A DNA stretch of 63,498 nt. Origin: Octopus bimaculoides. Lineage: Eukaryota. Positions 49,921-63,498 of this stretch are shown piece by piece. The translations under genes and the position numbers were made by a program. Each line of letters begins with the position of its first letter. The first letter of the stretch is position 1. The stretch covers positions 44,451,128 to 44,514,625 of the forward strand of contig NC_068999.1 in NCBI RefSeq assembly GCF_001194135.2, written 5' to 3'. Under the pieces are notes generated by a model. It searched no databases. It was not told where the DNA came from and saw only the letters and a program-made list of their open reading frames with translations.

Positions 49921-52900
49921 ATAACCTGCATAACAAGCATCCACATAAGGGATCCATGTCTGGCTTGTGAGTAATTTATGCTTTTCAGGTAAACATCCTA
50001 ACAGGTATCTAAAATAAATCACACGAAAATTAAACTTGCAGTGAATTTGAACTGGAAATCTGTGAGATCGTTGTTGAATACCTTATAACAAAAACAATCT
50101 TGTTTTCCATACTTTTCAATTGATGTCACATATTTGAGTTGTGGATTGCAAATAGAAAGTAGAAACGGTTTAGGAAGGAAGCGATAAGCAATTATTCATC
50201 AGTCTAAACAATGAAAGATTGCGATGTATATTTATCCCAATGTTGCTTGTCTTCCGTTACGTTAAGTGTTCGAACCATAAATCAAAATAGTTGATCAACT
50301 TAAGTGTTCCTGTCAGCCATGTTAAACATCCACCAATCAATATTGTTTTATACTGTGAGACACGAACTACATTTCTCTCCCTTGTTGAACTCTTTTATCT
50401 TCATATATACCCTCAATGCAAACATCGTTCACTCCCATTCGCCAGCTCGCCTCTCGTTTTAGCAACACGTGATGCTTCCGAGGTTTTTCGTCGCTTGTTG
50501 GCATTGGTTTTGTTGATGACGTTTGATTATTTTTACGTCAGACTGTTGCTGTTTTTGTTCATGCTGTTGTTGTTGTTGTTGTTGTTGCTGCAGCTGCTTC
50601 TGTGGGATTTGTTGCTTTTCGTACTGTTGATTATTGCTATGCTGGTGGTGATAAAGGCGGTGGTGGTGGTGGTGGTGGTGATAAAATGGATATGAATCTT
50701 GATTATGACAACAGCAATCAAATTAATGAGTTCATGACTATAACAATTAAAACGATATATATTTGTGTGTGTTTGTGTGTGTGTGTACACATATATGGAT
50801 ATAAATATATACATACACACATATATATATGTATATATAATTATATATGTACACACACACACATATGTAGATACATACATACATATATACATACATATGT
50901 AAGTATGTATGTATATGCATGAATATATGTGTGTTTATGTTTATATGTATGCGTGTGTGTGTATATATATGTCTATATGTATATATATATAAAGGAATGC
51001 AAAAAATGGGACAAGAACACAAAACATCCAGACAGATGATACAAAAAAGGGACAAGAAAAAACAAGAGCGGATCATTTGAAGTTTTCTTTCCTCCAGATT
51101 ATCTTTGCAGTTTTGGCTGGTTATACTCGAGATTGCTCCAATCTGGCCAGCCCCAAGGAAAAATTAAGCTAAGAGTACTATATTCCTTGGAAGAAAGCAG
51201 CGAATGTGTACGAAAACATGGACGGAAAGAAGAAAAAAACAGAGAAATAGTACACAAATACAACTGAAAATAACAGGACATAACACCAGGTGTCTTTCGA
51301 CTAAGGACGAATTAAATTAAGCTAGCGTGTGTGGAAATGAAGCCTTAAGGCTACCGGTTACCGTGAAATGATAGTGACAGACAATGATAGTGATAGAGTC
51401 AGCTTTTCGGGGTTGCATCACGGTTATACCGATATAATGTAGGATAAATATAATAATAACAATAATTGTAGGATGTAATTTATACATATTTAATACATCG
51501 CTACGCGCATTTCCACAAATCACATGATTTTGACATCAGAGATTGTATCTTATTAGCACAGTATAGTCCGTAATATCCGTGGACATCCGGGTGGTCATCA
51601 TCAACATTGATTCATTTCTGATGCGTACCTGGTACTTAATATTATGAGCAAGGCAGTGAGCTTGGCGGGATCGATGGCACGCTGGGGAAAATACTTAGAG
51701 TCTTTCCGTTCGTCTTTGTATTCTATGTTCAAACTGTGCTTAGGTTTACTTTGCCTTTCATGTAGTGGGACCGAACCCGGAACTACGTGGTTGGGACGCA
51801 AGCTTTTTACCACACACCCACGTCTGCACCTAAAAATACCTGCGTCGCTCTTTATACCCGCGTTTTCATGATATATACGCATACATGTATATGAACAAGA
51901 TGATGATACAAAGTATCTGCGTCTATCTTTATCCTCCCTCTCTCTCACTCCCTCTATTTCTCATTTTGCATATAAATATGTTTGTGTGTGTAGAGAGATA
52001 ATGTATTTATAATGCGTATGTGCATCTGTGTGTGCATGTTTATATGCCTATGATAGATCTCGTTGTCGATCAGTTCTCAGTGCATGAATTACCTTCCACA
52101 TGTATTTACCTTAAACACTTCTGCGCATATCCTCCTCCCTCCCCACCGAACGCAGCATCTGGCATCTGTACTCAACGTTTAATGGAAAGTAAGTACAGAT
52201 CATGGAAGACAGATTAAAATACACAACAGATATTGAAGAAGATTTAAGGAGAGGTTACATAAAACGAAATTATAACGACTTAATTTAATCACTTCTCTGT
52301 GCGAAATATGTTTACGGTATGAAGGATTCCTGTTTAAAAGTAATGCTCCGTTTCATGTCCACGCCTAATTATTTGTCATGCAGGAACAAATGCATATTAA
52401 ACTGTCATATCTAATTAAAATCATTCTGAGTAATGAGTTTTCTTTCCTTCGGGGGCCTAGCAGAATACTTTGTTGAAAACAACACAGATAAGCATGAATC
52501 ATTAATAATATTTTATTCTGTCATTTACATTTGACTTTCTTGAAGAAAGAGGAAATTGTTGTATTCCACTGAGCAAACAATCTACCATAATTACCACCTT
52601 TTCTTACTCCGCTTCTTCGTTAAATCTCGGAGATTGCATCAGAGTGTTATTTGCTACAAGTATATAACAAGGTATGTATGACATAACATACACGCTATGT
52701 ATGGCATAAATTATTTAAAAGTGAAAGCCGTATATGCTGTGGTCAGGTCACAGCTAATTGTACATTATAGTTCGCCGTATGATAAAATCTTAACTTACAA
52801 TGCCTAACCGTCATGTTTTCGAAGACGTTAACTTCTTAAAATGCGTTTGTCGTGAAATACAATTTCTTAGCAAGGAAACCTTAGAAATAATTTTACTAAA

Positions 52901-53852
52901 ATTATATATGAAGAAACATTATAGATAATTGTAGTAACGTTAGTATATTTTAAGTTTGTAGCCAAAAGTTTGAACAGCCTTTTGGGTCAATCTAAAATGG
53001 TGGCAAAATTGAAAATATAATTTTTATATATTTTACTATATTGCATAATTGCACATTTTCCATTCGTTATATGATTCAAACCTCAGTTCATTCTCTATTA
53101 CTCTCGTTCATATAACAGCTACCATTCCGAATTCTTGACTCCATCTTTACTGTCAAATCCACTTCGTTGTCATCCCCGCCCTCTGGTTTAACTTCCGTTA
53201 TCATGGCAATATTGTTAAAACAGACACGACTTCAACTAGTTTGAAGATCTTTTGTTTCTAATTTATGCTGTCCTGTTGATAAATATCTCTAAATTATTTC
53301 ATCATGCCGATAAAGAATGTGCGGTATGCCTGATTAGCCTAGTGATCACCGGGCTAAGTTAAGGTTTGTGTTTGATTTAAATAGCAGCTACAATAAAATT
53401 CTCTTGCATACGTGTATGTTTTCTGATAGGTATTCAACAGAAAAACGTCTACCTTGTCAAGACAAACCACTTCGTGTTTGTTACGGAGACACATTTTTTT
53501 TTAAAATTCCAATGAACTCTGAAAAAACTATAGATTCACTACATAAAATTTATGTAGAGCAATTATAACTTTAAAAAAAATGGCAACCTATTCACATATA
53601 GCAACATCGTTAATTCAAAATACATTCACACTTTAATATTTTATTACATTCACTTTTTTAAAGTTCTTAAAAAGTAATTAAATGTTTTAAAATGCTTTCA
53701 TTATTTATGACGACGTTTCTTATTAATATTAAAAAGATATTCTTTTTTTGCTTTGTTTATTCTTTTATTCTACAATTTTCACCGTTTTATGTTTCGATTT
53801 CTTTCTAAGATTTATATCCTCCTAAATATACAAAAACACAAGATTATAATAT

Positions 53853-53898
<46 letters not shown>

Positions 53899-54100
53899 AC
53901 ATACACACGCACGCACACACACACATACACAGATAGATTTATAGATAGATAGATTGATAGACGGATGGATGGATAGATAGACAGAGAGATAGATAAATAG
54001 ATAGATTGATAGAGAGAGAAAGAGATGTGTAGGATACATACTTACATATGTGTGTATCGTGTGTATCTGTATTCATATACGTGTATGTCTGTGTGAGTTC

Positions 54101-54253
<153 letters not shown>

Positions 54254-55462
54254 AATAACACGTATACATATGTGCAGAGAGAGAGTATGTATGTATGTAT
54301 GTATGCTTGTATATATGTTTGTATGTATGTATGTATGCATCCGTGTTCATTTATGACATAAAACAGGAAAAGTTCGCCGAGAGGATATTAGTCGTTCCCA
54401 TTAGTGTCTAACACTAAGTTAAACCTAACCGAGCAGATTCCAATAAAAGCGTTCTACTCTTGACTGTTCTGACCATTTTATTTTATGTCATTGTCTATCA
54501 TTGATTATATTATCGCAAGTGTCGTTTACTTTCATTTATTTATCTATTTATATATATTTTTTCTTAGAGCGCCGAGAATAATTTTCGGCTACGATTTAAC
54601 TGATATTTCCAACAGGTCGAGTTATGACTTGAAAGTATTTACCTAAAGAAGACTACTAATGAAGTAGCTATACTGAAACACCTTGAGTAAAACTGCTACC
54701 TTTGTCTGGTCTTCCCCCTCGCTGCATAACTTCGATCAAAGAAACCAGACAAAATACAATTTTGTTCGCAATAGTAAGCATGGGTTGGCGTACTTTTAAT
54801 ATCGAAAACGTTTAGTGTATAACTCTCGTCTGAAAGTTTTTTTCCACTGTTATGATTTGGATTTTACAAGTGCCATTTACTGACTGCATAGTTGTGTTGT
54901 TTACTGTAGCGTATGTCGGGGGTAATCGACTGAACGTAACACAGCTTCGTGATATATTTCTACAAAGTATTTCGTTCACATACACACACGTTTTAGCATG
55001 AGTGGTGTAGATAATGTTTGGTTTGAGTGTTCTACACGTATTTAGCTTGAGTGCTGTTGCAAAATTCTTGCACTAAATGGTATGGCGCCATATTTACAAC
55101 CATTGAATATTATCGTGTGTGACCTACAATAAATTTGAAGCCTAAGAATGTTTATTCATTAACAATGTTACGGTAGCAAAGCAGCTGGAATATATTCGTG
55201 AAATCAGCCAGTTTAAACGGTGAAAGGTTGTCTTAAGCATTTAAGAAGCTGGCAGCAAAATTCTTTCATTCTCGACCCAGACTCTGCACTAATTTTCTCA
55301 GTTTTATTTTTGCTGTTTTACCGCAAGAAAACTAAATGTGATTACAAACTGTTAAGTAAACACATCTATAGTAGAGTAAATCGGTTCGACGATCAAATTC
55401 TGCTTAACATATGTATAATTTCCATACTCATCACCTTATGTACGATACTATGGGTTTGTATT

Positions 55463-55705
55463 AAGGTGACGAGCTGGCAAAGGCGGCGAGCTGCCAATTC
55501 GATTTCATTGTGCTGTCCCTTCTATGTATGTCTTAATGGATAATAACAAATTAAGAAACGTTAGCACGCCGGGCGAAATACTTAACGGTATTTCGTCTGC
55601 CGTTACGTTCTGAGTTCAAATTCCGCCGAGGTCGACTTTGCCTTTCATCCTTTCGGGGTCGATAAATTAAGTACCAGTTACGCACTGTAATCGACTTAAT
55701 CCCTT
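55463..55705 (+). mobile_element. Young-looking SINE family A copy with split or duplicated head
   Basis: Body 55555-55700 is near consensus. Head pieces lie at 55463-55479 and 55480-55493, followed by ~60 bp of unrelated sequence. Confidence 0.85.
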
Positions 55706-56095
55706 AGAAAATGCAAGTTATATCTACAATAATAGAAATGAGAACCAAAACATTGTCTACCCACTAACGATACGCATAATGCAGGTCTGTTACATTACGC
55801 TCTCAATAAACAATGGAACGTCAATTGGAAAAAATAGAACAGCAACAATAGCCAATTCATTTGAAGAGGTTTCTTACAATTTATCGACTCTCACCGAGCA
55901 TATAACTGGTACAATGTTAGTGAACCAGAAATGATGATTGATAAAGTTGAAACCTGAAGCCTTTTTTAACTCGGTAAGGAAAACCATGGGATACTAGAAG
56001 TTATGCGTATTTTCTCGACAAACGTTTGGACCGATAGTAATAAATGGAGAATCTTGCCTTTCGCAATATAGAAATATTTCTCATGGTTCCTGCAG

Positions 56096-56204
56096 ACAAA
56101 TGGAAAAGGCGTTGCCTTGGGGCATAGCGAAGAAGATGCGCTGGGGCAGCCACTCTGAGCCACGGAGGTCGCTCTTGCTGTCAGCAATCTCCACCCCGAC
56201 AACG
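56096..56204 (+). other. Candidate 109-nt GC-rich exon
   Basis: ttcctgcag| acceptor and ACG|GTGAGT donor, ~59% GC. One open frame: QMEKALPWGIAKKMRWGSHSEPRRSLLLSAISTPTT. No homology recognised. Confidence 0.35.
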
Positions 56205-57064
56205 GTGAGTAGCGATATGGCCCGGGGTGGGGGTGGCAAGAAGTCTGGCGTTCTCCCGTAATGCATCTCTCAATACTATCTTAGATTATTCACCGAAAGG
56301 TCAAATTAAAATATGTTGTCCACGTGCCTCGCAGTGGGACCGAACCTGAAGCAACATGGTTGATAGGTAATACTCTAAACAACACAGCCATGCTTGCGTC
56401 TATGCTGAGAAAGAGTATGAGGAGAATATATTTCAGTGCATGCCGCCAAAACGAAAACAACACTGCATTAATTTCATCTCCAGGGTTTTCACAGAAGACA
56501 GGAAGTATGCGTGACTCGTTTGCGATTATTTAACATTGGGTATAGAGTCTGAATATTTGAACATTTTAGGATCCAAGCAAGAGGGGTACACGAGACTGGA
56601 GCGTTCATTTAATTCCCACGAGAGAACAGTGACAGTAATAGCGCTTCGATTCATACGAGAACAGAATCCTATTCATGAAAATCATTTAGGCGAAAACGTC
56701 CACAACTAAACTCTCCCCTACAAATGTCAGTAGAATTATATAATACAATTAATGAGAGTGGTTACAAGTCCAGGGTTGCTTACAGCTAAGAACAATACAC
56801 ATCCAACAAATTTATAGCTGAACATATATAACAGACAGCTGTATAATAACAGAACTACATTTTGTAATCTAACAGCAATGGCGGTTATTTCACTTACTTA
56901 AAACGTTATGGATTGAACAGTGTACATGTGTCACATGGGTCATAAGTCAGCCTCATTATAAATATTGTTGAGGGCAAATGGAAAACAGAGTTGTGCGGGA
57001 AATATCGCAGGTCAAACAAACACGTGAGGTCAGTATTAACAGATCAGAGTTCACGACTTCGGTA

Positions 57065-57099
<35 letters not shown>

Positions 57100-57626
57100 N
57101 NNNNNNNNNNNNNNNNNNNNNNNNNNNNNNNNNNNNNNNNNNNNNNNNNNNNNNNNNNNNNNNNNNNNNNNNNNNNNNNNNNNNNNNNNNNNNNNNNNNN
57201 NNNNNNNNNNNNNNNNNNNNNNNNNNNNNNNNNNNNNNNNNNNNNNNNNNNNNNNNNNNNNNNNNNNNNNNNNNNNNNNNNNNNNNNNNNNNNNNNNNNN
57301 NNNNNNNNNNNNNNNNNNNNNNNNNNNNNNNNNNNNNNNNNNNNNNNNNNNNNNNNNNNNNNNNNNNNNNNNNNNNNNNNNNNNNNNNNNNNNNNNNNNN
57401 NNNNNNNNNNNNNNNNNNNNNNNNNNNNNNNNNNNNNNNNNNNNNNNNNNNNNNNNNNNNNNNNNNNNNNNNNNNNNNNNNNNNNNNNNNNNNNNNNNNN
57501 NNNNNNNNNNNNNNNNNNNNNNNNNNNNNNNNNNNNNNNNNNNNNNNNNNNNNNNNNNNNNNNNNNNNNNNNNNNNNNNNNNNNNNNNNNNNNNNNNNNN
57601 NNNNNNNNNNNNNNNNNNNNNNNNNN

Positions 57627-57680
57627 TTTGTTCGACTAAAGGCGGTGCTCCAGCATGGCCGAAATGAAAGAATAAAAGAA
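57627..57680 (+). mobile_element. SINE family B 3' tip emerging from a gap
   Basis: ttcgactaaaggcggtgctccagcatggccg...aaagaataaaagaata. Confidence 0.75.
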
Positions 57681-57788
57681 TAACAAACGTGTAAAAATTT
57701 GGTAAATTTTTCCTTTTTTTTTTTAATATTTATTCATTTCGTTTTTCGTTTGTTTCGTCATACTGAAGTGACGTATTTATTGCTGTTG

Positions 57789-57832
<44 letters not shown>

Positions 57833-57970
57833 GATATTCTTGTTTGATTTTACCGTTTTGCATGGTATGATATTATCGTGTACATGAGATTGATTCGGTT
57901 TTGTGAAATCTAAGTCAAAAGTTACACTTGGCATTGTAGAGAGGAAGAGAAAGAGAAAAACAAATAAGAG

Positions 57971-58004
<34 letters not shown>

Positions 58005-58977
58005 TGAGAGAGAAAGAAAGGGAAAAGAGCAAATAAAAGAGAGAAAAAGAGAGAGAGTGTGACTAGCATTGCGATGACAAAAACATTGATAAACGGCAAC
58101 ATCGATGACGTCAACAACAACAACACAACCAACGACAACAACAACAACTACAACAACAACAACAGCTACATTGTCGACAACAGTCTATTGCAATGAACCT
58201 ATCATGTGTTGTTATATAATCACGTGTGCCAGATCTCTTCGTTGGCTTTATGCGATGAGACAAATGACAAGGCGAACGTAAGACACTTTAAATCTAATCA
58301 GCTAAATAGCTTTGACGTTTCTCGCGAAGCGCGGTAAAGAAAAGAAAGATATTTGCCAAGAACAAAGCAAGGCAATAAATAAATAAACAAAAGTTATTGA
58401 AAGATTTTCAGGTAATTTGTCTCTTTTTCAGGGCTTTTCCTTTCATTTCAAGATCGACAACACTTAAACTATTCCGACATCATGTCACAAAATCTTCCGT
58501 CATTTCATTATAGAAGTGTTGTGAAAAAGACAAATTGCTCCCTTTGGGATAGAAAGAATTAACCGTTTAGATTAGTTCCAACAATCATTTTAGAATTAAT
58601 ATTAGGTGCATTAGAACAAAAACAAATTTGAAACGAAAACAATAAAGAAGAATTCACAATAATCAATAGATAATTATATAAATAAATAAAACAACGTAAA
58701 AATACTTTTACCAAAAAATATTTCATATTTTCTGTTCGTTGGAATTATTATTTTACATTTTTTTTTTATTATTTTTTTATTGTTATTTAGTATTTTTCGA
58801 AACATGTTGACAAGAGTTTGTGAAAAGCTGACAAAATTTTTACTACACAAGTTTAAATGACATTTTATGGAATACAATAATATTAACTGGCAGAAATAGA
58901 ATATCCATACATGTTTCGAAGAAATGCACTTCATATGAGTACGTTTGTATATGCACACACCCACACACACACACACA

Positions 58978-59010
<33 letters not shown>

Positions 59011-59020
59011 NNNNNNNNNN

Positions 59021-59062
<42 letters not shown>

Positions 59063-59451
59063 TACACACATATACATAGGTATGTATATATGTATGTATG
59101 CACGCATGTATGTATGTATGTATGTATTTGTGTAATTTCAATGAGCGGAAGATACAAAGCGATTTCATTGTGGAGACTTTCATCCGTGGAATTTGTCAAA
59201 TTAACTTCGCTAAGTGCCAGTAACGAAACTTTCGGTCCTTGAATCACTGTGTAACTTTTCTCGGTTAAAAATATACGTATTATATATTCAGGTACTAAAT
59301 TCTAACATAATGTTTTTATTCTGTTACTAATGCCTTTTTATCCGAGTCTCATTAATATTTGAGCACTTCTTTTGCAGTCCTTTATAAACTTTTTGGATTC
59401 TTAATAAGAGACAAATATTATTACAGTTATATATATATATATATATATATA

Positions 59452-59497
59452 CGAGAGTGTGCTGAAAAAAATCCAGGAACTTTTCAGCACACCCTTG
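59452..59497. mobile_element. Minimal mariner relic: two TIRs almost fused, TA-flanked
   Basis: TA|cgagagtgtgctgaaaa-aaatccaggaac-ttttcagcacacccttg|TA, a 15/17 inverted match. Confidence 0.75.
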
Positions 59498-60247
59498 TAT
59501 ATTTTTTAGATCTGTTATATATAAGGCTTTAGGTTCGTCCTTGTTCTTGCTCTCTTTAAAGATTCTAAATCGTGATTTTATTCCAAGAAGCATTGAATAT
59601 TATTTCTCAGAGTTTCATCGACTGGGTTACATATCATATCAACATTGTTGGCTCGTACGGAGAAATTTGCTTCAGATATTCAGTAGCCATTTGCTTTTTT
59701 CGATGAGTGTATATTAGCGAACGGCAGTACACGAGTAAAAGCCAGCAGATAGATGTTGATTTCGTGTCTCAGATACCTAACACGAATTTTAATTTAATTT
59801 TTATGGCCGAATAGGGACAACTTTTTGTAGGATATAATGCTAGACTGTTTAATCGAAATCACAATTTATATGGTACTTTTTCTCATAAATACAGCATTAC
59901 ACAGCTTCTAAAAGTCGTTTCTTACCTTTTAAGCAATGGTTATGTTGCTTCTGCTTATACCGCTATGATGTTACGACCTTTTGGTTTGGAACATAAATAT
60001 TAGAGTGATTGGATGTGTTGGCTCCAGTCATATGGCTGATGTTTTAGGCGTGCAGGCATTTGAATAACATCGTTGAATAACTGTTGTTAAGCTTAATTTC
60101 CGGTCGGTTCCTTGACATCTTTCGTTCCTACATCCATTATTACAGTCTGTATTTATAAGCATGTATATGCATGCATATGTGTGTGTGTGTATGTGTCTGA
60201 CTATGTGTTTGTGTGAGCGCAAGTACGTGTGTGAATGTATACATGTT

Positions 60248-60278
<31 letters not shown>

Positions 60279-60301
60279 ATGTATGTATGTATGTATGTAT
60301 G

Positions 60302-60354
<53 letters not shown>

Positions 60355-60537
60355 ATAGATAGATAGATAGATAGATAGATTGATTGATAAAGAGATTGAC
60401 AGGTATACACACGTGCGTGAGTATACATATATGCACATATGTATAAGTAGATACGTAACCACGTATATGTACATATGCTTGTAAGCATTTGTGCCTTTCT
60501 GTATACACGAATGTATGTATGTAGGCAAGTATGTGCG

Positions 60538-60586
<49 letters not shown>

Positions 60587-63136
60587 GTGTGTGTGTGTGT
60601 GTGTATATGTATATATATATATACATATGAAAGGATGTATGAGTGAATATATGTGCATATGTACGCAAATATCTGCGTACGTATGTGATATGTATGCATG
60701 TGGTAAGCATTCGTCAAATGAAGGCAGCCATCCAATATCGACAGACCATTTTACAACATTGTTCGCCTCCCTGTATAACATAGCGGAGGTTACACTTGTT
60801 AATATGGCGGCCAATCAATGTTAAGATGTTGAGTAATATATAACCGCTTCAGCGATATTAGAAATTTCATGTAAGAATTATTACCGTTTCAAGTATAAGC
60901 ATCTTATCCCATTTTATGGAATAATTCAGGTTTAATCCCAACCTCAAGAACTGCTTTTTCATTTACCATCTTACCATGTTGAATATCAGATAACGCTTTA
61001 TAAGAGCCGTGAGTTACATGTCTATTGAATGCTTAAAGCTAGAAGCCGTGTTAATAATAGGGATAAAAATTACCGATCTTATGTATTTTACTTACTAAAT
61101 GTATACCCAATATCGTACACGTGGAGTATGTTTGACCAAATATCTTTTTCGCCTTAACTACTCGTGTTTCCGAAATGTAATAAGCGAATCCTTTCGAAAT
61201 AAAAACCTCATAGAACGTAGCTTTTGTAGCGTTGAATAAACAAGGAATAACTTCCTCTGGCGTATGATACTGATTGCTCTCCTAGAGAATGTCTTTTCAC
61301 AGAATTCTGTGTACCGTTGCTGTTGTCCAGTAAATAAATGTAACGACCGATACCATCCCGTGGTTCCGGAAGGGGTCTTATGCAATGTAGTTGTGAGACC
61401 TCCTCGCTATAAAAGGAAGAAACAAAGGAGCTTGCATGGGGTCGCTCGGATACATAGAAATAACAGCGTAAATTACCTTTAAATCGTATCAGACAGTCTT
61501 TGAAAGAAATAAGAGTTAAGATAATTTATCGCAGCTAAGGTCTATGAAATTTTGAACAGAATATTCACAGATGCACATTCTTTGCCTCTGGTTATGCCCG
61601 ATTCAAGGCTGGCCTGGGGGTGTAGAATAATTTACAAGAAGAACTTTCAACTAATTATATCATTTGAAATTTACTTTCGCTAACGTCTAAGACAAATCGA
61701 TTCCGCTGACAAGTAACGAATCGTCGATACCTGGTTTTCATGGCAACTCTACCGATCATGGGCATGTATTTTACTTGATAAAGTATGATATGTTAATCTC
61801 AAAGAAAATGCTTTGCTTCCACACGAACCTCTATCCAAAAACAGATTCACATAAGATTTGAACTTATGTATCAAGTTTTGTGCGTTGGACGATATAACAA
61901 GATACAGTACAGTACAGTGTCACCGTCTTTTTTCTATTTGATAAATGTTGGTGTGGAAACTTTTGTGAAGTATGAGAGGAATAATAGACTGGTATCTCCA
62001 TGAATGCCACATGTCATTCCGGATTGCGCCAGTTTCTTTGACATGGTTAAATCAGGAAAGTTTAAGCGACCTAAATTTCGCATTAATTTTTAATTACATT
62101 CTATGCCCATAGCGAAAGCTTTCTATCTTTCTCTTTATCTCTCTCTCTCTCTCTCTCCGTCTCACTCGCTTTCACTCTCTCTCTCTCTCTCAGTCTATAT
62201 CTATATAACCATTTCTTTCCTTATCTTTGTCTGTTTGCTAACCCTCTCTCTCTATACTTCTCTGTTTAATATGCTGAGTCAGGTAGAACCGAATACCTCC
62301 CCCTCAAGGGCACACTTCACTATCATTAACAAGATATTGGCTCATGATCATTAACCGATATCTTATTCACCCGGCTCCTGCGATCCGTGCAATCCTTTAA
62401 TTTATTCATAACAGAAGATATTTCCCCAAAGCTATTGTTATCTCGCTCATTATAAAGTTAACTCATACTTCAGCTATTCAATATAGGAAACACATGACGG
62501 TTTACACATCAGAAGTAAAAATAACTTCAGTTATAACTAAAGTTTTAAGTTATTTATAAACCCATTTAATAATTATGAAATTTTAGTGTCAATGGTTAGT
62601 TCAACTTTAAATATAACTATGAGTCATTACAACAGAGTCTGTAAAATAACGTCCAGCAATCACTGTAATTTCTAACATTCAACTTTTGTTCAGACCTGTT
62701 ATGGCCGAAATATCCTAGCGGAGAAAAATCGATCGTGGGCTAAGTTCTTTGTATTTATGCTCAAAGTAAAACTATTTTCAAGGCTGTTATATTCCGACTT
62801 GGCAGAGTGTCGATATAAGCAAGTCGCAGAGTTTCATTGCATTTACGGTTCTGTCTGTTAAATGTATATCCACCAGAAATATGGCTTCTAATTCCATTCG
62901 TAAATATCATAATGTTACTGAACACGATGGTGATTTGCTGGATTAATGTTGCAATTTGCCTTTTCAATACTTTGCTGAAACTATTCAACGACTACCGCAG
63001 GCAGATGTGTAGGAATATTCACATGGCCCAGTATGAGCACAGGTTTCATAATAGGTGCAATATCTTGAGTAATACTACTGCATAGAACTTTGCCGAAAAA
63101 ATAATAAATAAAAGGTATCTAACTTATAAGATACGC

Positions 63137-63194
<58 letters not shown>

Positions 63195-63436
63195 TGTGTG
63201 TTTGTGTGTTTGTGTACATATATATATATATTAATGTATATGTAGATATACACATATATATTTATATATATGTAGATATACACATATATATTTATATATA
63301 TGTAGATATGCACATGTACACATGTATTTGTGTATATATATATGTGTGTGTATACATACGTATATATACATAAATATAATACACAAACACACATACATAT
63401 ACATATTCATATACACATACACATATATATATATGC

Positions 63437-63498
<62 letters not shown>

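Noticed and set aside
43920-52670. Several AG...GT exon-like segments (e.g. ~43960-44004, ~52545-52670)
   Set aside because: Background GC, no recognisable domain and no chain of phase-consistent neighbours; such signals are expected by chance in 50 kb.
53100-53330. Possible RTE 3'-end remnant on the minus strand
   Set aside because: Only a faint resemblance to the GRPxxRWxD motif, with multiple stops; too weak to call.

Overview
AT-rich (roughly one-third GC) eukaryotic draft-assembly sequence. It has 16 N-gaps totalling about 6.35 kb (~10%) and is very dense in di-, tri- and tetranucleotide microsatellites and tRNA-type SINEs. This pattern strongly resembles an octopod cephalopod genome (inference; species not provable here). 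I found no intact, recognisable protein-coding gene, rRNA, tRNA gene or CRISPR array. Nearly all long ORFs in the supplied track are artefacts of N-runs or stop-free simple repeats. Supported content is mainly transposon relics: Tc1 and mariner transposase remnants, a decayed hAT transposase, RTE-BovB-like, CR1/L2-like, Dong/R4-like (two copies) and probable Penelope-like retroelement fragments, a TA-flanked MITE, a ~50 bp mariner-TIR hairpin, and more than 20 SINE copies from about three modular families. A few GC-richer islands with ATG context and splice signals (2217-2493, 5066-5127, 23811-24352, 56096-56204) are candidate exons of unidentified host gene(s), so the window is probably intronic/intergenic with possible promoters. 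The most interesting observations are (1) a Dong/R4 LINE 3' end sitting inside an (AAT)n array, (2) a rearranged older copy of the same family, (3) nine AANATGGCG (YY1/Pho-like) motifs, two pairs of them convergent, (4) a possible head-to-head promoter, (5) inverted SINE pairs that could form ADAR substrates, and (6) an ATG-initiated hydrophobic-leader/poly-Asp ORF. I cannot support a claim of a new biological system from this sequence alone.
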